The notes beneath the pieces were generated by a model, which was not told the DNA's origin, did no database searches, and saw only the letters and a list, made by a program, of their open reading frames with translations. The position numbers and the translations under genes were made by a program. A stretch of 57,524 nt of DNA from Emiliania huxleyi CCMP1516. Its lineage: Eukaryota. The first letter of the stretch is position 1, and each line of letters begins with the position of its first letter. This document shows positions 1-11,019 of this stretch, in pieces. The stretch spans positions 310,001-367,524 of the forward strand of contig NW_005201269.1 of assembly GCF_000372725.1 (NCBI RefSeq), in the 5' to 3' direction.

Positions 1-62
1 CCTCCGCCCCTTCCCCCGCCGCCCCCACCTCCCCGCCCCCGCCCCTTCCCTCTCCGGGGCAG

Positions 63-521
63 GACTGCTTTCTTCGGTGGGACGACTCGGACGAGCAGGC
101 CAACTGGGGGCGGCTGCGCTCGATCGTCGACGCGTTTGAGATTGGGCGCGAGCACCGGTACGAGCACGAGATGATGCAGTTCCACTACGAGCCGGACGCG
201 CACAGGCGGCTCGAGGCGCTCCGCCGTACCGCTCTCTGCGCGCGCGGCCCCGGCGACGGCGGCGCGGCGGCGCGGCGAGCCGCGCTGTCGTGTGACGCGC
301 GGACCGGGGGCGCCGGCGGGCTGCCGGCGGGGACGCAGACAGCTGTGAGCGCCTTTGACCAGGGTCAACCGGCCGAGACGCAGACGGCAGCGGCGGAGCC
401 GGGCCAGCAGGCACAGACGCAGACCTTCCTCGCGACGGGTGAGGAGGCGACGCAGACGGCGCTGCAGCGCACGGCCGAAGCGGGCGTCCAGCACCGCCCG
501 GTGCTCGCGAACCAGGTGTGA
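63..521 (+). CDS. Last exon of a gene entering from the left; unknown product
   Basis: C-rich intron ends in CAG at 62. Open frame DCFLRWDDSDEQANWGRLRSIVDAFEIGREHRYEHEMMQFHYEP... runs to TGA at 521. Confidence 0.55.
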   Translation, partial: DCFLRWDDSDEQANWGRLRSIVDAFEIGREHRYEHEMMQFHYEPDAHRRLEALRRTALCARGPGDGGAAARRAALSCDARTGGAGGLPAGTQTAVSAFDQGQPAETQTAAAEPGQQAQTQTFLATGEEATQTALQRTAEAGVQHRPVLANQV

Positions 522-789
522 GGGGGGGGGGGGGCAGCCGTGTCTCAATTTGTCACACGCAGGCGCCGGCGCGGACCCTCTCTGCTTTCCTTTTTTTGTT
601 TTTTTAATATGTATCGGGGAAAAGTAATGCAGGCCAATTGTCGCTGTGATGACGAAGAGGTGGTTCTCAGACTTGAACAACAACCGGGTCTTTCCAGTGG
701 ATCAAGGCACGAGTCCAACACGCACATTTTGTCCCGGGCGGCGAAGCGAAAACCGCCGTCGCCGTAGTGGACCCCCCACCACCAGCCCC

Positions 790-893
790 TTGGACGTTGG
801 AGTGTGAACAGTGAAGGCTTCGTATAGCCCTCCGGTCTACTAGAAGGTCCGCAGGACTGGAGCGAAAAAAAGCAAGCCCGGGGGGCGAGTGCG
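790..893 (+). repeat. ~100-bp dispersed repeat; inverted copy at ~12582-12670
   Basis: Shared cggtctacta...ccgcaggactggagcgaaaaaaagcaagc. Confidence 0.7.
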
Positions 894-2405
894 TAGGATC
901 TTGCTAGGACGCGAGACCTTTTTAAAGAACCGAAATCTCCAGGAAATATCCCAACGCGGTACGGCTCTACCCCCCCCCCCCAAAGCCCACACTGCAAAGA
1001 AACTGTGAGACAGTCATGCTCTTTGCTTCTAGGTTCTACTCTGTGAGCGTTCGGTTCAGCGCGCCTTGCCAGGCCCTGCCTCGAGGGTGAGCATCTTCAT
1101 CAGCACCGTCTTGCCAGGCCCAGCACCTGCGGTCGTGCGGACGGGCTTGCCGGAGCGCGGAGGCGTGGCAGCGGCGGCGGGCAGCGGTGTCGCACCGCTC
1201 GGGCCCATGGTGGATGACGCTTGCTCGGATATAGAAAAGACGCCAGGCCCCCAGGGCAGCAGCAGCCTCGAGCAGGCAAGAGCTTTCGCAATACATGTAC
1301 AACTCCATGTAGAGGCTTTCATGAGCACCGCGACGACAGGTGCGACGTCGAACGCACCCCTCCACGAGCTGCAAAAGTGAGTGAGCGCGCACACACACAG
1401 TCCCGCCGAGCGCGCGACGAGCCCCCTCAAGCCTCATGCCCGTGCCCGCACCTCGCCTTTCTGACGTGACTGTCTCCTGACCATCATCTCGCGGCCCGTG
1501 TGATTCGCGCGTCTCTCAACGCATGTCAAGACAACACAGGGTACGGGATCGCCAAGCAGGTAGCGCCGCTCCTAACTATGGCCAAAGACCTCCAACGGCC
1601 AATCTGAGAACGCGTGGTCCGTGGAACCTGCCCTTTAGCGCCGACACGTGAGACGAGACCCCCTCCACCACTGCCGCACCACCCTCGCCGAGTGTCTGAT
1701 TCACAACGCTCGGCAACCGGGCATCGCCCCGGGACGTAATAGCACCTTCACAGCCGAACGATGCGAGACGCAAGTCCACCAAGCTCGGCATTCCAACGGC
1801 CAGACAGCTGGGCCAGAGCGGTATTTTGGTTTTCAAAAGTTTTTTTTGCCTGCTCCAACGCTCCTGCTCCAACGATGTGGTCGTTCAAGCGGCACGCAGC
1901 CCTGCCCGGCACAACCGGGTTAGTGGCGCACGGCACCCGCGGCGCTTCTGTGCTCGCGACGTGCCCGCTGCGCGTCGGTCGCGACCTACGCGCCGGCGCT
2001 CGGCGCACCCAAGTCCAAGCTGTAGTTGATCGTTGCTTCCCTTTCGCGAGGCGGTGCGGACTGCCGGCGGCCTCGGTCTCCCTCTGCCCGTGCGACTTTC
2101 GCTAACTCCCTCGAGCCTAGACCGTCTCTTCGGGACGGCGCTCTTGAGCACGTTTGGCACCAAGGGGCTTTGATTCTTACGACCCTCACCCGCCAAGGCA
2201 GGTGCGCACTTGGCGCGTGCGTTTCTTTTTTATTATTTACCCAAAGTGAGACGCCGTGCTTAGAGTGAAGTGTTGCTTTTGTGTGAGTTGTGCGAGCTCC
2301 AACTTGCTCGGAAGGGAGGGTACGCACGGCTAGAGGCTAGAAAGAATCTCCTCTCGCCACCACACGGCTGGGGCAGCCGACCGACGAAGACGGCGTGCGT
2401 GAACA

Positions 2406-5143
2406 ATGCAAATCACGCCGTTGCCGCCGGCGGTTTCGGACCGCATCCGCGCCGCCACGGCCGTCCCGACCTTTTCTCGGGCGCTCGAGGAGCTCGTCTT
2501 CAACTCTCTCGACGCCGGCGCCACCGAGATTGTGGCGTCGGTGAACGTGCAGGCGCTGTCGCTCAGCGTGCGCGACAACGGGCGCGGCATGGACAGGCTC
2601 GCCCTGTCGGTGGTGGGAACCAGCGCCGCCACCTCAAAGATTCGATCGCTGGAGGAGCTGCGCGGCGGCGTGCACACCTTTGGCTTCCGAGGCGAGGCGC
2701 TCCACGCCCTCTCGACGGTCGCGTTGGTGGAGATTGTCAGCCGCTGCGTCGACCCGCCGGCGGCGCCCTCGCTGGTCACGGTGCTGCAGCACGGCCAGCG
2801 CACGCAGCCGGGCCCCGCCGCGGAGGCGCGCGCGCCAGGCACGACTGTCTCGGTGAGAAACATGTTCTCCAACCGGGCCGTGGCGCGCAAGAGGCACCAG
2901 CGGCCGAGCGCCGCCGGCGCAGAACTCTCCCTCCTCGTTGCAAGGATGACGCGCCTCGCTGTGGCGAGTCCGGGCGTCGCCTTCCGGCTCCACGACGCGT
3001 CGCGCGGCGTAACGCTCGTGACCAAGGGGCGGGCCGCATCTCCGCTCGCGGCCTTTCGGCAGCTGCTGCTTTGCGGCTCCCACGAGGAGCAGCCGCGGCT
3101 CGCAGAGCTCAGCTTCGACGACGGTCGATACAGCCTCCACGGCCACCTGTCGGTGCTCTGCAACGGAGGTCGCATCCGCGATGCGCAGCTGCTGTCGCTC
3201 AACGGCCGCCCTCTCGAGCGCACCAGCGAGCTTCACCGCCTGATCGAGGCGTCGTACGCCAGGCTCCACCGACGGCTCGCGGGCCAAACGTCGTCACCCG
3301 GCAGCGCGCCTGCCGTCTTTTGCATATCTCTGACCTGCTGCCCGTCGCGGTACGACGCGGCGTTCCACAAGGAGAAGTCCGAGGTGATGTTCTACGATCT
3401 GGCCGCAGTCCGCAACGCGCTGCTCGGGGCGCTGACCAGCTTCTTCTGCCGCGAGGCTAGCGCACTCGACCCGCGTGACATCGCAGCGGAGCTGGTTTGC
3501 CTCGCAGCAGGTGCGCGCGACGCGAGCGACGACGCGCCACGCGAGGTGCGCGATGGCACACACGGCGAGCGGCGAGACGAGGCGGTCGACGAGGCGGTCG
3601 ACGAGACAGAGGGGGAGGGAGGAGGGCTGGTGGGAGCCACCAGCTACGAGGCGGAGCCAGGAGCGAGAGGGAGCGACCATGGTCAGTCGGCGTCCGTCGA
3701 GGCCGACCGGCACGAGCTGCGAGAGGCGGGACGCGCCGGGTACGAGCTCCAGGAGGACCGATCGACTGGTGGGGCGCGCGTGTCGCTAGCCCGCGCGCGG
3801 CACCACCCGGCCGTGCTGCTCGCAGCGTTGGAGAGCCCGGCCACCCCACCGCCACCATCACCGCTCGAGTGCCAGCCGCCAGCGCGCAAAGTCGACCCCG
3901 AGCGGCAGCAACGGCAGCCTCTGGCGACGCCGCCACCTCTCGGCCCCTCTTCTTCGGGCAACTGGCTTTCGTCCCCGAGGCCTTCTGCGGCGGGCCGCAG
4001 CAAGCGCCCCCTCGACGAAGCGCCTAAAGAGGAGTGGCTGGGGCAAGAGGGGCGCTGGGAGGAGCAGGAGGCGGGGCGAGAGGCGGGGCAGGGGGGGGGG
4101 AGGGACGGCGTCGGGCCATCCCTCGGAGGAGCCGTCCACGCCGCTGAGGGACCCGCGCCAGGGCTGCTGGCGGGGGCACACGGTTTGCCCCATCCCGCTC
4201 CCGCTCATACCGCCGCCCAAGACGGAGGCGACGGTCTCTTTGGCGGCGAGGGAGACGAGGCTGGCATCGCTCGCGGGCTCGTCTCCGCGGCCTTTGGCAA
4301 CCTTGTCGACAGCCGGCCGAGCCGCCGCCGGCCGGTGCGCCGCGGGCTCCCGTTCCACCAGCGGCTTTCTGCAGCGCCGAGCCTCGCAGCTGCGCCCGAG
4401 CCGACGGAGAGCAGGATCACCAAGGACGACCTCTCGCGGCTCGTCGCCATCGGACAGATCGACCGCCGCTTCGTGGCCGCGTGCATCCCTCCCCGCGATG
4501 GCGGCGGCGCGCGGCTCTGCCTCGTCGACCAGCACGCGGCGGACGAGCGCGTGCAGCTCGAGCTGCTGCAGGCGAGGACGATCTCGCCGCAAGGCGGCCC
4601 TCTGCCTGGCGCCGTGGCGCGGCGCCGGCTGCACCCGCCCCGCGCCGTGGCGCTGCCCTCGCACGAGGGCGCGGCCCTCAGTCAGGCGGCGCCGTCCGCC
4701 CGCGCTTGGGGCTGGGAGCTCGAGGGCGTCGGCGTGGGAGACACGCACCTCCGCGCCGTCCCCGTGCTGCTCGGCGTCGAGCTCGGAGACGGGGCGCTGC
4801 TCGAGTACCTGCGCCTGATCGCAGAGACGGGCTGCCCGGCGCAGCCTCCGCCCCAGGTGCACCGAATCCTCGCCTCCAAGGCGTGCCGAAGGGCAATCAT
4901 GTTTGGGGACATGCTCGACGCTACGCAGTGCCAGGCGCCATACCTCCCGTCATCCCCGACGCCGGTCGTTTTTCTCCACTTCTCAGATGGAACTCGCGGC
5001 CCACGTAGGCCCTGCTCACCAAGCTCGCTGGGTGCGCGATGCCGTTCTTTTGCGCGCACGGACGGCCATCCATCGCGCCCATGCTGCAGCTGCCCACCGC
5101 CGACAGCCCGCCGCGGATGCTGGTGCGCGACAGGAATGATTAG
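2406..5143 (+). CDS. MLH3: MutL homolog MLH3, join(2406..4934,5009..5143)
   Basis: GHKL motifs ELVFNSLDAGA, DNGRGM and TFGFRGEAL; MLH3-type endonuclease motif DQHAADERVQLE; ACRRAIMFGD. Removing a 74-nt GC-AG intron restores CAMPFFCAHGRPS in frame. Confidence 0.93.
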
Positions 5144-5216
5144 GAGGTGGGACGAAGGGGGGTTCGTTGTGTGAGGAGAGGCGCCGCTCGCCCTCTCCGG
5201 AGCGATGGCGCGGCGC

Positions 5217-5393
5217 GGCGCGCGCAGGAGCTCACACGCACGGCCGGCGGGCCGGGCCTGACGGGGAGCGTCCTCTCCCGCCGTCCGCGCGGCTCGATTG
5301 GGGGGTCCGGCGGTGGGCCGCTCGTGGTGGCCGAGTGCCGCGCTGTCTGTGTGGGCCCGCGCGCCTCAGCAGAGCGCGTAGCTTGCCACCTCC
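5217..5393 (+). repeat. Left arm core (177 bp) of a long inverted repeat
   Basis: Reverse complement of 10769-10945; weaker similarity continues inward past the inserted transposon. Confidence 0.9.
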
Positions 5394-5474
5394 TGGTTGA
5401 CTCTGGCCTGCGGTTTTTTTGTTTCGGCGCTCCAACCCGCCGTGGAACATGAACACATATGCACACCGGGGCAC

Positions 5475-6808
5475 CTGAGCCCTGGTCTGACAGCCTGACA
5501 GCAAACCCGGACAGCGCCTGACAGTGCCCGACAGCCTGACAGCGCTGACAGCACTTTCTCTGACAGTCTGACAGCACGTGTCTGACAGCCTGACAGCAGA
5601 GTCTGGCAGGCGAGGGGTTCCGTCGCTGTCAGGCCCTAACGTGACAGCCTGACAGCTGCCTGACAGCCCGACAGCACACAGTGGCCTGACAGCAGCTCGC
5701 TGACAGCCTGACAGCCCGACAGCAGCACAGACCGTACACAGACCCCGTAGAGCCTCTTTCTTGTGCCCCATTGAGGGTATAACAAAGTTACATGCAAAGA
5801 CATGTGAGTGTGGTCCATGTCCATGTAGTCATGGGATGGTCATGGGTCTCTCTCTCAACCCTCCCGCCCGCCACCTCTGCGGACCCCTCTCTAGCACCGG
5901 CGGCTGTGCTACTACAAATGAAGCTACCAGCTAGCCTTCTGGGGCCCTACAGTCATATGCCTACGGCGTCTGGGTGGGGGTGGCCGTCTCCAAGGACAGC
6001 TCATCCAAGGTCTTTGCCATCGGCAACATTCAGCAGGTGGCCGTCGCCGACGGCACAGTAGACGCGCGCCGCGCCACTGGCAGCTCCAGCGCAGAGTACC
6101 TGCGCCAGCTCTCCATGAGTCAGCGCAGCAACGGGGTCTTCATCAACGACCCCAAGGGCCTCTTTATCCTCCGGTGGTACCGTGAGGTGAAGGGTGACGG
6201 GACCCCCCCAGACGGCCCGCGCTACCAGAACAGAGCGTGCAAGTACTACAAGCTGACGAGCGACAACGATGGGGAGGCCTTCCGCTGGACCAGCAACTAC
6301 CAGATCATCAGCAAGGTGTACCTGAAGAAGCACTCCACCCTGCCTCTCTGCTATTCCCTCAGTGCGGCAGACAAGAAGATGGTGACGTCCACCATGAAAA
6401 AGATGGTGGGACCGGAGGCAGAGTAGAGGCTAGAGTATGTATGTGTAGTAGAGTCCTGCTGGTCTCCTATTGATAGTGTCATAAGTGTGGCTGGTGTGTG
6501 TCAGAGCCTGGCAGCACCCCGACAGCACCACCTGACAGCACCTGACAGTAACAGCCCACCGTCTGACAGCAGCAGCAGCCTGACAGCTCTGACAGCTCCG
6601 ACAGCGTCTGACAGCAACACCCGACAGCTCCGACAGCACCTGACAGCTACAGAACCCCTCGCCTGTCAGACATGCACCCGACAGCACCCGACAGCACTGA
6701 CAGCACCTGACAGCTGGTCTGACAGAGGCACCTGACAGTGCCTGACAGCTGCCCGACAGCCCGACAGATCACCTGACAGCACCTGACAGCCTGACAGCCA
6801 GGGCTCAG
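5475..6808. mobile_element. Non-autonomous DNA transposon with 11-bp TIR, 8-bp TSD and CTGACAG subterminal arrays
   Basis: TIR CTGAGCCCTGG...CCAGGGCTCAG; TSD CGGGGCAC at 5467-5474 and 6809-6816; dozens of CTGACAG motifs at both ends. Confidence 0.88.
5974..6426 (+). pseudogene. Coding remnant (3' part of a transposon gene or captured gene) inside the CTGACAG element
   Basis: 150-codon frame with coding-like codon bias (GLFILRWYREV...YQIISKVYL); starts at GTG, not ATG. Confidence 0.45.
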
Positions 6809-7164
6809 CGGGGCACACAGGCCCCACGCACAGGCACAGACAGCCACTCGCCACTCCCCAGGCCACAGCACACAGACACGCATGAGGGCGCATCGGTGGT
6901 GCAACCGAGATATGACGCCGTCGGGCCGTCGAGTGATTGAGTGATTGAGAATGCGACCAGTGCCTGCATAGAACGAAAAGCATAAGTATCTAAAACTAGA
7001 CTGAAGGAGACAGAACCGAGCAAAGTGCCGGGACTCCCCGCTTTCTTTCTTTGGCTAGTTTATGAAACAACCGCGAGGCCAGAAAGAATTTAACAGAACA
7101 ACTCTCTCACAGCAGAAAGAAAGAAAACACGCAACACAAGAAAAGAAAGAACACATACAATCCA

Positions 7165-7440
7165 AGGGAGAAAGAAAGAAAGAAAATACAGAACCCAAGG
7201 GAGGGATGGGAGGACGGCACACGGGATTTTAAGGGGAGGAGTGTGGTGCTAGCCGTCGCCCACCCACCCTTGCATGGGCGTCTGCCTCTTCCTATCTCTC
7301 TTCGCAGTCTCTCGCCAATTCTCGCAGCGACCTTCATGCCGCGCCTCGCGGTCTTCTCACCTCTCGTCGTTCTCTCTCCTGCCGCTTCATCCTCTGACCC
7401 ATCGCTCTCCTCGGCCTCGTTCTGCGACGCCGCCGCTGCC
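7165..7440 (+). repeat. Dispersed repeat family (gaaa tracts + cccaagggagggatgggaggac...)
   Basis: Related copies at ~20195-20480 (inverted) and ~21435-21560; weaker pieces near 16600 and 43970. Confidence 0.75.
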
Positions 7441-7911
7441 TGCCGAGCCCTTGCTCTCGCGGCTTCTCTCGCGTTTAAAATTCTTTTCCCTGAGGGGGTC
7501 GCCGGGGGGGATGGGATGATGGGGATGGTCTTTTAGGCGAGCATTACGGTGGCTCGCGGATTCGACTGTCTTTGGTCCCCCCGGTCGTGCCCACCTTTAT
7601 GAGGACGACGGCGCCGGCTGTGCCTTTTTTTCGAACCTGTGTGCTGTGCGAGAGAGTTGGAATTCTCTTCCCAGGGAGCCGTCGTAAAAGTAGGGAAAAT
7701 TCTTTTCCCTAGTGCCTCGCCGTCCTCGCAGGACCGCAGGAGTCGCTTAGGCGGCTCCCGTGGTGTACCTGTGTTAGTGCCAGTGCGCGCCAGTCCCGTG
7801 CCCAGCGTCGTGCGCGGGCTTGTTTAAATTCTTTTCCATTTTTAAAATTCTTTTCGTTCTGGTCTAAATTCTTTTCCCTTCCCTCCAATTTCTGTTGGCT
7901 CACCGCCCCGG

Positions 7912-8922
7912 ATGCCTCCGCCATCGCCGCGACAGGCGGCGCTCGCGTCCGACATGTACGATTGCGTCTGTCACATCCTCGCGCTGGAGCCGCAGTGGGT
8001 CGCCGACGCTCTCGAGGCTGCCGTCCGGGCGATGCACGAGCGCGTTGGCAGAGCGTACAGGAGAGACCTCTACCTCAAGCAGCTCAAGCAGGTGGCAATC
8101 TGCCCGCCGCAGCTCGCGGCCTCGGCGGTGTGCAAGCTCAAGCCGCACGTGGGTGCCATGGTTCGAGAGGACTGGCCGCACTACACGCCCGAGCAGCGCG
8201 GTCGCCTGCAGAGCCTCAGGAAGGCTGCCGAGGCGCCTGCGGAGCCTGTGAAGCACCCGCCTGAGAGGCGCATGCCAATGGAACAGCCGGCGGGGAAGCC
8301 AGCGGGGCGCCAGCCGGCGGGGTGCCCGCCCGCGACTCGCCAGCCTGCGGGACGCCCGCCCGCGACTCGCCAGCCTGCGGGACGCCAGTCCGCGACTCGC
8401 CAGCCCGCGACACGCCAGCCCTTGCCGGATGCCGGCGGCCGCGGCGCCACTGCAGCGCCTCGCATCGAGTCGACGGAGGCGTACCACGCCGGGAAGAGGC
8501 GCGCGGAGCAGCGTCCGATTCCCACCATTGTGCCGTCCACCCCCTCGACTGCCCTTTCGCAGGCGCTTCCGCGAGCGGTACAGGCGATACCGGCAGCTCG
8601 ATGTGGCCCTCGCCGCCCTCACGGCGAGCGGGCGGGCCGGCGCGGGGAGAGGGAGGCGCCTCGTGGGTGGGTGCCGAGCAGTCGGCCGCGCCCCTCTGCG
8701 CAGGCGCTCTTCACCGGCCTCGACGACAAGGTTCGCGGGGCGTCGTGCGAGGACGCGAGGCGAGAGGCCGAGGCGCGGCTCGTCGAGGCCTTCCGCGCGA
8801 AGAAGCGCTCGATGCTGCAGCAGACGCAAGAGTACCGCGCGCTGCACGTCGAGCTCAAGCGGCTCAAGGCGGCCGTCAACGGCTATGTGGAGAGGGCGCC
8901 GAAGACGGCCGTGGCGCTCTGA
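7912..8922 (+). CDS. Hypothetical protein with helical N- and C-termini and RQPAG(R/C)PPAT repeats
   Basis: 336-aa ORF with coding-like codon usage at both ends; 15/30-bp repeats at ~8285-8420. Confidence 0.5.
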   Translation: MPPPSPRQAALASDMYDCVCHILALEPQWVADALEAAVRAMHERVGRAYRRDLYLKQLKQVAICPPQLAASAVCKLKPHVGAMVREDWPHYTPEQRGRLQSLRKAAEAPAEPVKHPPERRMPMEQPAGKPAGRQPAGCPPATRQPAGRPPATRQPAGRQSATRQPATRQPLPDAGGRGATAAPRIESTEAYHAGKRRAEQRPIPTIVPSTPSTALSQALPRAVQAIPAARCGPRRPHGERAGRRGEREAPRGWVPSSRPRPSAQALFTGLDDKVRGASCEDARREAEARLVEAFRAKKRSMLQQTQEYRALHVELKRLKAAVNGYVERAPKTAVAL

Positions 8923-9012
8923 GACAGCCTCGCGGTCACGCCGCCCTCATGCGTGTCCGGGTGTCGTGTGCTGTGGGCCGGTGTGCATATGTGGTTCATA
9001 TGTCCACGGAGG

Positions 9013-10712
9013 GAGTAATGGTAATCTCTAGTCTTTTTTAGAGATTGAGAGCTTAAAGATTTGAAAGACTCCACTCGGGTCTACAGTGCTACCCAGAGAT
9101 TTGAGACCAGAGATTTGAGACTTGAGACCTCAGTGCACTCAGTCACTCGGCCTCCGGTGGGAGACTTTGAGATTAGAGACCAGAGACTTGGAGAACGAGA
9201 TTTCCCACACCAGAAGGAATCTGCGGTCGAGTTCGCTCGAGATCCAAGATTTGAGACTGAAGATTTGGACGGCCTTCCAACCTAGAGATTTGAGAGCTGA
9301 GATTTGGAGATTTGCGGTGTGAATACTGACAAGAGCCTCGAAGCTTCTAGAAGGGTTGAGTGGGGTTGACCTGCAGGGAGATTGAGGTCTGAGATCTGAG
9401 ATTTGAGATTGAGATTTGAGATTGAGATTTGGGGCCCGGGGAGCCTGCGGCGCCATTTTAATCTGCGCTCCTCTTTATGGCCTGCGGCGCCTGGCTTGAG
9501 CTTGGAAGTGTAAACGAGTCCGCCAGGGCGGTCTGCAAACACGGAGCGCGCTGCGCGCGCGGTCTACGCCGAATTAGATGAGAGGGACAGCGCTATCCGC
9601 AAAGGCTCGACCAGCTGCGGCGGCTCGTCGGCAAAGGTCGTCCACTCCTTGGCGTACGGCTGAAAGCCGGTGTGCGAGTGGAGCATCTGCGTGTCGAGGC
9701 GCCACAGCATCTCGCCCTCAAAGATGATGTCTCGCGACAGCTGGACGTACTTGCGAGTCCGATCCATCGCGCGCCGTCATACGGCACCTGCTTGCCCTGA
9801 GCCAGCCGAGACTCCTCGGCATATGAGAGGTTGTGCTTGGCGCGACAATTTGGGCAGCGCTTGCAGTAGAGGAGCCCGTCAAAGCGCCCGTGCGTGCAGT
9901 ATACGGTTGGATGGACGGGCTCGTCGCTGACCACAAGGCACACCTTCTGCCCTTGCAAAGCGCAGACGGCGCAGAACTCAAGGGACCAGGTGGAGCGGCG
10001 TGGACTTCTCCTGCTCATGGGAGCGCATGGGGTCGAGAAGATCCACGAGAGCGCTGATGCCCGCCTCGCTCTCGATGCTGCTGACGAGGATGTTGATGGT
10101 CGTGGACGCGTGCTTTGTTTGCATGTCGGCAGCGATGAGCGCTGCGCGGTCGGGTGTGTCGACTGGGTAGCGGGCCATGCCGAGGAGAAGCGCGACGATC
10201 TCATCCTCACTCTCGAGCGGCCACAGCTTCGTGGAGAACCGCCTCAGGCGGCGGCGGCGAGTGTCGGCGGCGCAAAGCATTGCAAGCCGAGCGTGCTGGG
10301 CTTCCCGGGGTCCTCAGTCTCAATCTCAAATCTCGAGTCACGCTGCCCTAGATTTCGGTGGTGCCGCAAGCGATGTTTTTCGAACGAAGCGAGATAAAGG
10401 CGTTCGAAGTTGAGGAAGTTCACAGCATTCTGCATCGAAAACGGAATCTCTCTTGCTTGCAGTCTCAGTCTCTCCCACCCCTCATCGAAATCTCAAACTC
10501 CCAAAGCGAAAAGGAATCTTCGCCATTTGAGATCTCACGCGTTTCCTCTAGAAACTCACACCGAGCGACGGGAAGACTGAGATTTCGTGGCTGAAGTCTC
10601 GACGAAGATTTGGGAGATCTCAAGGGCGGGACTAGAGACTGAGATCTGCCCTGAAAATCTTCAGGTCTCACTCCTCTCAATCTCTAAGAAAGACTAGAGA
10701 TTACCATGACTG
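9013..10712 (-). mobile_element. Degenerate KDZ (Kyakuja-Dileera-Zisupton)-type transposon with CxC5-like remnant
   Basis: ~38-bp imperfect TIR (agtaatggtaatctctagtc.../...gactagagattaccatgactg); TSD CACGGAGG at 9005-9012 and 10713-10720; GAGATTT subterminal arrays; frameshifted PTVYCTHG...YCKRCPNCRAKHNLSY...YVQLSRDIIFE...LDTQMLHSHTGF. Confidence 0.8.
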
Positions 10713-10768
10713 CACGGAGGGGGCTGGGAAACAAAAAACCGTGCCCCCGGGGCCCAGAGTGAAGAGCT

Positions 10769-10945
10769 GGAGGTGGCAAGCTACGCGCTCTGCTGAGGCG
10801 CGCGGGCCCACACAGACAGCGCGGCACTCGGCCACCACGAGCGGCCCACCGCCGGACCCCCCAATCGAGCCGCGCGGACGGCGGGAGAGGACGCTCCCCG
10901 TCAGGCCCGGCCCGCCGGCCGTGCGTGTGAGCTCCTGCGCGCGCC
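10769..10945 (-). repeat. Right arm core of the long inverted repeat
   Basis: Reverse complement of 5217-5393. Confidence 0.9.
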
Positions 10946-11019
10946 AGAGAGTCGCCGAGCGCCGCAGCACCGGCTGACACGCCGCGACCCCGGCGGCGCA
11001 GGTGCGCGCCTGCAGCACG

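Noticed and set aside
1056..1430. P-loop NTPase (GAGPGKTVLMK)
   Set aside because: Isolated Walker-A-like string with no supporting motifs; at most a decayed fragment.
4935..5174. MLH3 C-terminus as given by the 922-aa ORF
   Set aside because: Read-through of an intron; the conserved CAHGRP motif is in another frame.
5217..5425. Pol III ncRNA (GC-rich unit followed by a T-run)
   Set aside because: No recognisable tRNA, SRP or snRNA motifs, and the homology extends beyond the T-run.
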